Of a stretch of 64,000 bases of DNA, positions 35,424 to 44,769 are shown one piece after another; position 1 is the stretch's first letter; every line of letters starts with the position of its first letter. Below the pieces are notes generated by a model. It had not been told where the DNA came from, did not search any database, and saw only the letters and a list, made by a program, of their open reading frames with translations. Origin of the DNA: Candidatus Micrarchaeota archaeon. Its GTDB lineage: Archaea > Micrarchaeota > Micrarchaeia > Micrarchaeales > CABMGC01. The stretch is from assembly GCA_021851065.1 (NCBI GenBank), contig JAJZJQ010000005.1:44-64043 (forward strand), in the 5' to 3' direction. Position numbers and translations under genes: made by a program.

Positions 35424-36809
35424 TCACTGGCCGTTCATTGCAACTGTTGGAGGCGTGAGAAGCGCTGGATCAGGCCCGGTTATGGCTAGCGGGAGAACTG
35501 CGCCAGCATGGCCGGACAGATCGCCAACAGTCCAGTGCCGTCTGGAGAGGGATAGGAGCCTCTTTTCGTAGATTATTTCCTCGAGGAGAGTGTTGAACGC
35601 CTCTGGTATCGAAGCGCTCTCGAATATGCCTTTAAGTATTGCTACCGCCTGCTCCTGCAGGGCCAGCCTGAACCCGTAGGCATCCGGAGAGCTTTCCAGG
35701 GCGCTGAATATAGACTGGCTTTGCGCATTCATGCTGCTAAAGTCCACTGCCGTGGCAGCTAGCATTGTGCCGTCGGTACTGTTTAGATGGGATACGAATG
35801 ACCCCATGAGGGCGTTGGTTTCAGACAGTATGCCGTTTATTTCATTTACCGTGCCCTGCGGCTGGTTGGATAGATACAGATGTGCCTTGGCAAACATCAC
35901 CATGTTCCTCTCGTTGATCTCCTTGATCAGCATCCCCAGGTTTCCACCGAATCTGTCAAGGCATGCGTCCTTGTCAAGCACATAGGATTCCATCAATTCG
36001 CGCAGATACATGCTCGACGCGTTAATTATGGAGGCGATTCTTTGGCCGTCAACTACGATTATCTCGCCTTCCACTTCCCTTTGGGTCATCTTCCCCCTGT
36101 ACCATTCATCAGGATAGGCGCCTACAAGGCGCAGGGCCATACTTATTCCGCCATGCGTTGACGATCTTGATGCATCAGTCACTGAGTTTATGAACCCTAA
36201 TCCCGCGCGAGCGTATGTCAGGTCCCTCATGCTCCTTTCCACTGAAAGCAATCCGTCAGCACCCATATCTGCGGCTATGCGCCCTGAAGCTACCTTGCCA
36301 AGCTGATTTTCCACCATTGGCCCGATGGCTGCAGCTAGCCTTGAAGAGATTATTCCATGTCCATCCATATACTTAGTAAGCAGGTCAAGCGCGTTAACTC
36401 TGCGTTCAAGTTTGGCAAGGCCCTTGACTCCGCGCTTTGAGAGTCTGCCGAGCGCTCTTTCGTGCAGCTCGCCCATTTCTGCTTCCACCTGGCGCATGTG
36501 GCCTGCGCGATCCCCGTTTTTAAGCGCTACGCTGAGCCTTGGAGCAAGCCCGTTGCGCATGGCCCTGTATGCATAGGCATCGTACTCGCCGTATGTGCGC
36601 ATCTTGGCACGCACTATCTCGAGTTCATCCACAGCATCCCGTATGGCTGAAGTATTTGGCTTGCGCAGCATGGGCCCCAGGTTGTCAAGCCTTGATCTTA
36701 GGCCTTCGATTCTTTTGCTGGATTTTAAGAGCGTGGCGTCTATTTCGTGCGATGCTTTGCGGTGCATCCTCTCATTGTGCGCAACTCTCCTGCCAGTAGC
36801 CATTATCAT
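35424..36809 (-). CDS. Hypothetical alpha-helical protein
   Basis: 461-aa ORF with GGTG upstream; no recognisable motif. Confidence 0.7.
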   Translation of the reverse strand: MIMATGRRVAHNERMHRKASHEIDATLLKSSKRIEGLRSRLDNLGPMLRKPNTSAIRDAVDELEIVRAKMRTYGEYDAYAYRAMRNGLAPRLSVALKNGDRAGHMRQVEAEMGELHERALGRLSKRGVKGLAKLERRVNALDLLTKYMDGHGIISSRLAAAIGPMVENQLGKVASGRIAADMGADGLLSVERSMRDLTYARAGLGFINSVTDASRSSTHGGISMALRLVGAYPDEWYRGKMTQREVEGEIIVVDGQRIASIINASSMYLRELMESYVLDKDACLDRFGGNLGMLIKEINERNMVMFAKAHLYLSNQPQGTVNEINGILSETNALMGSFVSHLNSTDGTMLAATAVDFSSMNAQSQSIFSALESSPDAYGFRLALQEQAVAILKGIFESASIPEAFNTLLEEIIYEKRLLSLSRRHWTVGDLSGHAGAVLPLAITGPDPALLTPPTVAMNGQ

Positions 36810-36892
36810 TTACACCGCCACTATATCATTGAATCGGAAAAGTAAAGAATCTTGCTGTGGATTTAGGTTATGCCGCATATTTATGGAGCAGG

Positions 36893-38110
36893 TCAGGCAG
36901 CAGCGAGTCCGTCCGCTGCATTTCTCCTCGCAGCCTGCAGAGACCTTCTGCTCAGTTCTATCTGGTAGTGCACATACCACTGAAGGAATATGTCCTCCCT
37001 GGTGCTGCCGGTGCCGTAGTGCCTGAAGCCCGAGATCTCGCGCAGTACCTCCGGTGGAACAGAGTTTATGTGCCGGCTTCCTGCAACGTTCATGTATATT
37101 CCGTGCATCTGGGTGAATATCCCGTATGCGCCCTCATCAGTAGTGCATCGGTCCACAGCTACGCGGAACTTTGCCTTCTGCTCTGCAGAAAGAACAGGAG
37201 TCGCCCCGATCCATAGCTGGTTGAGCAGCTTCCATACTGCAAGCCTGTTCTCCAGCGTATCGGTGTTCTCAAGCGCACGTATTGCATTGCCTACCCTCCT
37301 GTCGGTCACCTGGTCAAGGTCTGCCCATCCTTTAAGTATGTTGTCATAGTATTGCCTTGCCCTCTCGTGTGCAGGCATATTGAAATAGGCATCGGCCAGC
37401 GCCCTTATCTGCTGAACGCTGCCCGCAGTAGACGACAGGACAGGCATATCGTGCAGGGTGTCTCCTGCTGCTTGTGCCTGGTTGCCTGCACTTCGCGCGG
37501 CCTTGACCTGTTTTAGCCTAAGCCTGTTTATGCTGTTCTCAAGGCCTTTTATAACTGCTGAACCGGACGCTTCGCCTGAAAGCCTGAAGTCGTTTATTGC
37601 AGTGAGCAGAAGGTTTTTCTTCTCCTGGATGCCGGAAATGTACCACGAAGCCCTAGTCTCCGCACGGGCTGCATTGGCGTAGTCCCTGTGCAGCAGCCTC
37701 TGCGCCTTCTTGGCTTGCGCGCCTTGCGGCTGATACTGGGCTATGGCAACGTGCGTAGCTTGTGCCCTCTCCTTGAACCTGGCCGCCTGGTTTAGGTAAT
37801 GGGCAAGTGTGCGCTCCCTGAGTTTTCCGGCTGCATCCTTTGCATGCCCATGCCCGATGGCCACTGCCTCTGGGCCTGCAGCAAGGCCTGGCGCTGCGTA
37901 TCTGGCTGTGGATCTTGCAGCCGAATTGAGATGCCTTGCTGTGATATCTGCAGTGCCTACTGCAGCCCTCTTTGCAAATATGAATGGCTTTGGGGAATAG
38001 TGGGCAGGATTGCGATTTGCCGCAGGTGCCTTTGGCTGCCCAAGATCATTGACTTTGATAACTGTTGTGGTGTCTTTGCCCATATGCCTTGGAGCGTGCC
38101 GCATCGCCAT
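36893..38110 (-). CDS. Hypothetical Ala/Arg-rich helical protein
   Basis: 405-aa ORF; no recognisable motif. Confidence 0.65.
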   Translation of the reverse strand: MAMRHAPRHMGKDTTTVIKVNDLGQPKAPAANRNPAHYSPKPFIFAKRAAVGTADITARHLNSAARSTARYAAPGLAAGPEAVAIGHGHAKDAAGKLRERTLAHYLNQAARFKERAQATHVAIAQYQPQGAQAKKAQRLLHRDYANAARAETRASWYISGIQEKKNLLLTAINDFRLSGEASGSAVIKGLENSINRLRLKQVKAARSAGNQAQAAGDTLHDMPVLSSTAGSVQQIRALADAYFNMPAHERARQYYDNILKGWADLDQVTDRRVGNAIRALENTDTLENRLAVWKLLNQLWIGATPVLSAEQKAKFRVAVDRCTTDEGAYGIFTQMHGIYMNVAGSRHINSVPPEVLREISGFRHYGTGSTREDIFLQWYVHYQIELSRRSLQAARRNAADGLAAA

Positions 38111-38223
38111 GTGCTATCCCTTTGATACAGGAGTAGTGGGCATTCTTCATTTAAATAAGCTTCCAAGAAGTAGCATATGGCTTTATGAATGATGCGGTTT
38201 GCACCCTGCCTGGTTTCGCGGCA

Positions 38224-41200
38224 CTATGCCCTTCTCCTTCTGGCAGGGGCAGTGCGCCTTGGCTTTGGCTGAGCGCGCCTGCGGCTTGCGAACAGCATGA
38301 TAGCGGCAATAGCCGCAAGAGCTGCAGCTATAGGAAGCGCGCTTATGTTCCCTGTGCTCAGTAGCAGGGCGCCTATCTCGACTATCTGGGCAGACTCTAT
38401 CGGTGCCCATGCATAGTTGAAGGCATTGAACGTGGTGTACTGCGTGCTCTGTGGATTTGCTGCATCGCTAAGAGGCGACTGCTTCACCTGTATTGGCTCG
38501 TTTCCTGGAGCGCCGTAATACTGGGCGAACACATCCGCGCTGCCGCTCCCGCACGCCACCACGTTATCGCTAAAGTATCCCATGGCATTGGTGGTGGCTA
38601 TGTCGAATAGACCCATCTGTGGCGTGCATACGCCCGTGCCGTTCTGATAAAGAGGATAACAGTACTGCGTGTTTCCATTAAGGGCTGGGCATTGATTGTA
38701 TATTCTTGTTGGTGAAGTCGCACTCATTGCGCTTGCTACATCAGGATATATGTTGCATATGGTGTATATCTGGTTGACTGGGGTGAAGAGGCTGTTTGCA
38801 GCAGGCGGGCACTCCCTCATGCTGTTGAATGCAGTATTGTACGTTATTACATTGGGGTTTATCTGGCCAGGGTAAAGGGAATTTGCTGCCAGGGCATTGA
38901 ACGATGGATTGGCAAGCTGGCAGGTGTCGGCCCCGGTGTACAAGCCGTTGACTGAGAAGATGCACTGCGTTGCCTGCACAGGGTGGGTGACTGCATTGTA
39001 TCCTATGGTATCCAGGTTGGCCTGGTAGTATAGGTAGACCGGCTGGTTCTTGAGTGGAATGAAACTCTGGGATATCGGATTTGTCCATCCTGCAGTCCCG
39101 TTCACCACAAGAAGCGTCTGGTTTGAATTGATGGAGTTCACATCCTCGTACACATTGAGGTTTATCGCAGTTATGTTGGCTATATCCGCATCCAGCGGCA
39201 TGTAGTAGGTATTCCCGAACCTGTCATTGTACACGAAGTCCAGCCTGTGGTAGCCATATGCATAAAGAGGGTAAGGCGCAAAAGTAAACGGAGAAGGATA
39301 TACATTGATGTATTTTGGAGGTGAGATCCCGTTGAATGCAACCTGGATCGCAAGGTCGTTTACAGGTATCTTCTCCCAGTTGAACAGCTGGACGAGCAGA
39401 GGGGTTGCAGCGTTTGCTGTGAATATGTTGTTTACCCCGTATACGTTCTGCGTGTTTGTGAGGAATGGATCGCAGCTGGGCTTAACGCACTGGCTCGGCA
39501 CGCTGTTTGCCACAAAATACTCAAAGCCCGGGTTTCTGCCCTGCTTTAGGTCCATCGAATTGTAGGTAAACAGGTAGGTGGCGTTGACTATCGCCTGATA
39601 ATTAGTGGTAGGAGAGACCGAGCTGTTCACGTAAATCGCGCCGAATACCCTGTTTGTGAGTATGTTGTAGAGTATCTGCTGCGGGACGGTCACTGAGCTG
39701 AGGTTTGCGTCGTAGTAGAACGAAGTGTTCATGCCTGACTTTGCATAGGTCTGGCCGCTCTCAAGCTGCGCAAGCCTGGCGTTTGACTGCGTTGGGCTGA
39801 CGGCCTGCGGAGCGGTCTGCTCGGATGTGGTGTAGTTGTACACAGTGAACTGCTCGCTGCCTCCCGGCGGCAGAGCTACTGTTGTAGGGCATCCTGGAGG
39901 GTTTGCGCTGGCGCCTGTTGTGATAGGCTGCGGATTGGAATACGAGTAGGAGTACGTGTAGGTGTATGAGTACGGCATCACGAGATATCCGGACACTATG
40001 CTGTTGATCGATGTCGCTATTCCTGAGAGGCCGTATGCAGGCAGGTTAGGGTTGTTTAGGTAGTTTACAAATTGCTGGGCATTGCTCTGGGCTGAGCTGG
40101 CAAATGCGCCGCTTATGCCAGAGAGCTCGGACTCCACGCCGGCTTGTGTAGGAGCGCCTCCCCCGGAATAGCTGCCAAGGCCACTGGTTATGCCTGATGA
40201 TGAGTAAGTGGTATCAAGGGTGAAGGTCTGGAACGAGCCTATGTTGCTGTCGTACTTGAATGGATTTGGAACCACATAGACTGGTGGATTCAGATTGTCC
40301 ACTTCAGACATTACTGCCGGGCTGTTCTGGCAGTCGCTGCCCAGACCATAATTCCAATCGCTGTAAGTAGCGCTAAATCCAAATGCTATGTAGTTGCCAG
40401 TATAGCATTGAGCAGTGACATGGTCAACGAAACGAGGATATGTGCTGCCGCCTATAGACTTGGTGTAATTCTGTGGAGCCAGGTTTGCTATAAGGAGTTC
40501 CCCTTGCATATTTGTATATGGTTGTGTAGACCCAAACCCATCGGATTGATGCCAGGTCTGCTGTATCTTTGCTACTGAAGGCACGTACAGTGCCATCGTA
40601 TTGTTATAATTAACAGAGAAAGATACCCCTACGACAGGATATGGACCTGAACGGTAGTGTAATAAACCGAAGAATGAAGAACCTGAATTCCAGACACGTA
40701 TCATAGGGCCGAGAGGTTTTAGTGTGCCAGGATAATCTGGCTCTGGAGAACTTATGCAGCCGTCAACAGTTCCTGACTGATATGTTGGGGATGAAGTAGG
40801 GATGAATCCCCCGCTGCATAGGCTGATTACATGTGAGCTCGGATCAAATGGCCCGCACGACGGGCAGTTGTATCCCACTGTTGCAGAAAGTATCCACCCG
40901 TATGGGGGGTAATAGTTGGAACTGGCCTGGGTATACTTGTATGTGGCAGTATGGGAAGGGTTGTAAGTCCACAGGTCGTTGTAGTACGTAGGATCTACTG
41001 GCACATCGACTCCGCTGGAGTTTATTATCCTAAGCACCAGCATGTTGAACCTTATGCCCCCAGTGCAGCCTGAGCTGTATGAGCCCACTATTGGCAAGGA
41101 TGCCTTACTGCATACCTGGCCGCTGACGCCATACCAGTTATCCAGCACATAAAGGTAGCCGTTAACGTCCTCTATCCCAAGCGGGTGGTGGTAGTTGTTG

Positions 41201-44200
41201 TTTCCAGTGGCAGCCCAATCCACTTTGTCCATCACATCCACAGTGCATGTGCCTGCAAATAGAATTATTCCAGAGCACCCGGAAGCCTGCGATTTCAGGT
41301 TAGCCTCTTCTGCATTTATTATCTTGATCATGTTGGCATCTGCAGGTGTGCACGCCTGTTCATGTGAGCTTCCGCACTTGGTAGTGATGCCGTACAGTCC
41401 GCCATTTGCAAGGAAATCGGTTATGTTGAGTTCCGGGGCATTGGACGGAGGCGCGGGAAGCGGATTTCCGGTTGCGCCGGCTTCCTCTAGCGACTGAGGA
41501 TTGAAGTACAGGACATTGCTTGTGGAGTAATTCAGGCTTATGATGCCGCTATACTTTAGGTTCTGGTCGTAGGTGAGTATGTGGCCATCATAATGGTCTG
41601 CAAGGAACACTTCTGAGCCGGTTGGAGAGACTGCTATCTCGCTCCAGGTCTGTCCGTTGGTGCAGGCCTGCGATGGAGGATAAGGATAGTTATCGTAAGT
41701 TGGGCTTACCATGCGCGAATCGAACTGATTGGGGCAGGCAGGCACCGCGTTCTCTGTGATGGGCCCGTTGCCTATGGTGTTGGTTATCTCCATTACCCAT
41801 GTGTTCTGCTTCGGGCTTGAGTCCTGGCCGGTTATAAACACATCGCCAAACGAGTCCACCGAGATGTTGTACGGACTGAACTGGTTGCTTGAAGCTATGA
41901 TTGGAGCGCCGCTGGATGCGGATGTCTGCGATACCCAGGAGTACTTGAACGGAAGCGCGTTTGCAGATATTACGTTTATGACGTAGAGGCTCTGCTGCTG
42001 CATGTTGATCACATTGCTCCAGTAGCCGCTCCACTCGTTGTTGAACCCGGAAATGGTGTTTGACTGCACTAGAGAATTAGGCTGGTAGAGCGATGTGTTA
42101 AGCTCTCCTGAAGGTATCACCTTTAGCACGTAGATATTCATCCCATATTGCTCCAGGGCCGACTGGTACTGCTGCTGTTGCGCGCTGGGATACGAAGATG
42201 CGGGAGCCATAGACAATGCGGATGGATTTGTGCCCAGTACGAATATGTAACCGCTTGGAATCGAGGCAATGGACTGCGGGTCTATCTGCATCTGAACGCC
42301 CCCAGCAGCAGTTACAGGGATAGTTGGAGGGGTGACGGTTCCGGCCAGTATCGGATCCTGGAGGTCCTGGAAGCTGCCGCTTGATGGAGCCTCGGTTGGC
42401 TGTGGCCTTATAGAAGCAGTATTAGCGCTTCCTGTGTCACCAGTGTAGCCTGCTGAAGTAGGTTGTTGCTGTGCTGTGTTTTGAGATTGTATAGGAGAAG
42501 CAATAGCCGTTGGTGCAGTCGGCTGAAGGTTCACTCCTGCCCAGAAGCTATCCCCTGCAGCGCCGCCCCCGTTGGGACAGGTTGGAACACTGTATGAGCT
42601 GGGCATATACTGGCAGTATGCATTGTCTCCATTGCCGCCGCAGGCTGATGGGGCATAAGTGCACCAGGCATTGAAGTTGGTGCCTCCGGATTCACTGTAG
42701 GCCCATGAGAACGAATATGAAGCTGTGAATGCATCTGATTGTGAAACCTGTGGATTTGCACCTGAATCTATCTGCACTATTCCCTGTCCGCAATGGGTCT
42801 GCGATGGTTGTGTAAGATAGAGATTATCGTCGCATCCGTTGCCTGTTGGTTGCAGTCTTCCTGGCTGCATCCCGCTTTCCGCCATGCTTATTGCGACAAT
42901 TATCTGAGCAGAGATACCTTCTGGGAAGCCCGCTGCAACTGCACAGTCATAGGCAGCCTGAACAGAAAGCATATCGGAAGATAGGGACGAGGTATGATAT
43001 GGAAGATCTGGGGTGCTAGGACACTGGCCATTCGATATCGGAGGTGGAGAAGTGCATTGACTACCTGTGCAGCTGATGAGGCTTGGCTGGCCGCTTGGTT
43101 CGGGCACCTGCGTGCCAAGTACGTTCTGGGGCGATGTTAGCGTTACAAATGGACCGCTGGCAGGGAAGTAGGACAGCTGGGTGGCAGAGGAAGTTGCAGA
43201 CTGCGCGCATGATTTTGTCGTGCAGTCCTGGGCCAGCGCATTGGCAAGCAGCATGCCCTGCGAATCGAGCGGTATAGGATCTATTTTGGCAGCCGGATCC
43301 TGGTAGTTCTGCGGGCTGTAAATATCGTAGGAGAGCGGGTAATTGAACTGATTGCCCGGAGCGGAATTGGTCACGTTAGCGCTGTACACAAGATACGGGA
43401 ACAGATTTACCCCGCTAGTGCCGCCGGAAGGGGCAGGGAACTGGATCTGCTGGTTGGATACGCCGTCAAGCGTGACCTGGTAGTTGTATGTGTATGAGTA
43501 GGAGCATGTGAGAGGCGCAAGTTGCTGCGCAGGCTGTGACTGCTGCGCAAATGACTCTGCACGCGACTGTGGAGGGACGGCGAGGTTTGTGCTGGCAGAC
43601 AGGCAGCTCGGGTTGGTTGGCTGGCAGACCTCGGCAGTTGGAGCCCCCTGTGTGCAGCCACCGTTGCTGCCGCATTCAGCGCTACCGGTAGGATTGTTGC
43701 ATGACCAGACATAGAGGCCTGGGCATCCGCTCACGGAACATGAACCTGCCTGGCAGCTTGCCTGGTGGCCGGAGGTTCCTCCGCCGCCGCTTGGAGGGGG
43801 GCTTGAGAGCTGCGTGGTGTATACGCCCTGCTCGGTGCCCTTTACGGTAAGCCCCTGGAACTGCTGGCTTACTCCCGGATTGCCAAGATCAAGGTATATC
43901 GCGTTCCATGACCACACGCCATGCTGGCCGTCCACGCGGTCGCCGTTGAACAGGTATGAATTTGTATCGAAAGAGGATGAGATTATTGTATTTCCGTTGT
44001 CGATAAGCTCTGGCGAGTAGCCTATATTGTTTATCGATGCATAGACAGCGCCATATAGGCTGAAGATTGCATTGCCTACCCCGTATAACCCCGAAGCGCC
44101 TGGAGACTGCGGAGGATATGCAGTAAGCTCGCCTGTTACAGGGTAGTCGGATGGAGATGAGGGCGCCTGGCATGCGTCTCCTGCAATGAGCCAGTTGCCG

Positions 44201-44490
44201 CTGCTTGCAGTAGATGTGTAAAGAAGCGGATTTTGAGATGAATGGGAAGAAGGGTTTGATGGACAGGATATAAGCCATAGCGCATTCTGCGTATTGTATG
44301 CGTTGACGTTGCCTGCAGGCGATAGGGAGTACGGGCCGTATGGCGATGTAGACGAACCTAGCGGCGATGACTGCGAATACCCGGAATAATAATTCAGCAC
44401 TGTGCGGCTGGATGACTGCTGTGCGTAGGATATGGGAATAATCATTACCAGTATTGGAAGTATGACAAGGATTGCGCGCAGTTTTAGCAT
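38224..44490 (-). CDS. Giant (2088 aa) cell-surface protein with an internal lysozyme/SLT-like domain
   Basis: Signal peptide, C-terminal TM and basic tail, Cys pairs, S/T/N/Q/P-rich; AISMAESG...GIVQI...NFNAWCTY at ~42600-42980. Confidence 0.85.
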   Translation of the reverse strand: MLKLRAILVILPILVMIIPISYAQQSSSRTVLNYYSGYSQSSPLGSSTSPYGPYSLSPAGNVNAYNTQNALWLISCPSNPSSHSSQNPLLYTSTASSGNWLIAGDACQAPSSPSDYPVTGELTAYPPQSPGASGLYGVGNAIFSLYGAVYASINNIGYSPELIDNGNTIISSSFDTNSYLFNGDRVDGQHGVWSWNAIYLDLGNPGVSQQFQGLTVKGTEQGVYTTQLSSPPPSGGGGTSGHQASCQAGSCSVSGCPGLYVWSCNNPTGSAECGSNGGCTQGAPTAEVCQPTNPSCLSASTNLAVPPQSRAESFAQQSQPAQQLAPLTCSYSYTYNYQVTLDGVSNQQIQFPAPSGGTSGVNLFPYLVYSANVTNSAPGNQFNYPLSYDIYSPQNYQDPAAKIDPIPLDSQGMLLANALAQDCTTKSCAQSATSSATQLSYFPASGPFVTLTSPQNVLGTQVPEPSGQPSLISCTGSQCTSPPPISNGQCPSTPDLPYHTSSLSSDMLSVQAAYDCAVAAGFPEGISAQIIVAISMAESGMQPGRLQPTGNGCDDNLYLTQPSQTHCGQGIVQIDSGANPQVSQSDAFTASYSFSWAYSESGGTNFNAWCTYAPSACGGNGDNAYCQYMPSSYSVPTCPNGGGAAGDSFWAGVNLQPTAPTAIASPIQSQNTAQQQPTSAGYTGDTGSANTASIRPQPTEAPSSGSFQDLQDPILAGTVTPPTIPVTAAGGVQMQIDPQSIASIPSGYIFVLGTNPSALSMAPASSYPSAQQQQYQSALEQYGMNIYVLKVIPSGELNTSLYQPNSLVQSNTISGFNNEWSGYWSNVINMQQQSLYVINVISANALPFKYSWVSQTSASSGAPIIASSNQFSPYNISVDSFGDVFITGQDSSPKQNTWVMEITNTIGNGPITENAVPACPNQFDSRMVSPTYDNYPYPPSQACTNGQTWSEIAVSPTGSEVFLADHYDGHILTYDQNLKYSGIISLNYSTSNVLYFNPQSLEEAGATGNPLPAPPSNAPELNITDFLANGGLYGITTKCGSSHEQACTPADANMIKIINAEEANLKSQASGCSGIILFAGTCTVDVMDKVDWAATGNNNYHHPLGIEDVNGYLYVLDNWYGVSGQVCSKASLPIVGSYSSGCTGGIRFNMLVLRIINSSGVDVPVDPTYYNDLWTYNPSHTATYKYTQASSNYYPPYGWILSATVGYNCPSCGPFDPSSHVISLCSGGFIPTSSPTYQSGTVDGCISSPEPDYPGTLKPLGPMIRVWNSGSSFFGLLHYRSGPYPVVGVSFSVNYNNTMALYVPSVAKIQQTWHQSDGFGSTQPYTNMQGELLIANLAPQNYTKSIGGSTYPRFVDHVTAQCYTGNYIAFGFSATYSDWNYGLGSDCQNSPAVMSEVDNLNPPVYVVPNPFKYDSNIGSFQTFTLDTTYSSSGITSGLGSYSGGGAPTQAGVESELSGISGAFASSAQSNAQQFVNYLNNPNLPAYGLSGIATSINSIVSGYLVMPYSYTYTYSYSYSNPQPITTGASANPPGCPTTVALPPGGSEQFTVYNYTTSEQTAPQAVSPTQSNARLAQLESGQTYAKSGMNTSFYYDANLSSVTVPQQILYNILTNRVFGAIYVNSSVSPTTNYQAIVNATYLFTYNSMDLKQGRNPGFEYFVANSVPSQCVKPSCDPFLTNTQNVYGVNNIFTANAATPLLVQLFNWEKIPVNDLAIQVAFNGISPPKYINVYPSPFTFAPYPLYAYGYHRLDFVYNDRFGNTYYMPLDADIANITAINLNVYEDVNSINSNQTLLVVNGTAGWTNPISQSFIPLKNQPVYLYYQANLDTIGYNAVTHPVQATQCIFSVNGLYTGADTCQLANPSFNALAANSLYPGQINPNVITYNTAFNSMRECPPAANSLFTPVNQIYTICNIYPDVASAMSATSPTRIYNQCPALNGNTQYCYPLYQNGTGVCTPQMGLFDIATTNAMGYFSDNVVACGSGSADVFAQYYGAPGNEPIQVKQSPLSDAANPQSTQYTTFNAFNYAWAPIESAQIVEIGALLLSTGNISALPIAAALAAIAAIMLFASRRRAQPKPRRTAPARRRRA

Positions 44491-44769
44491 ATGAGCACTT
44501 TTGGAGCTGTCGCTATAACCTATGTGCTATATGGTATATAAAACGTGTGCAGCGCTAGTGAACCAAAAGGCCTGCCTGGTTTGCATTGGCGGCACGTGGC
44601 GCTGCATAAGCCTGTGCACATAGACAGGCTGGTGCCCCGATCTTTGCGCTGTGCGGCGCGGCGGGTTTGGGGCATGCGGACTGCAGGCATTAGCCCGGAT
44701 CCGGGAATATCGCCTATGGCTTTCGTTTAGTGCGCGGGTTTGTGGCATGCAGCGCTGCGCGCCTGGCGC

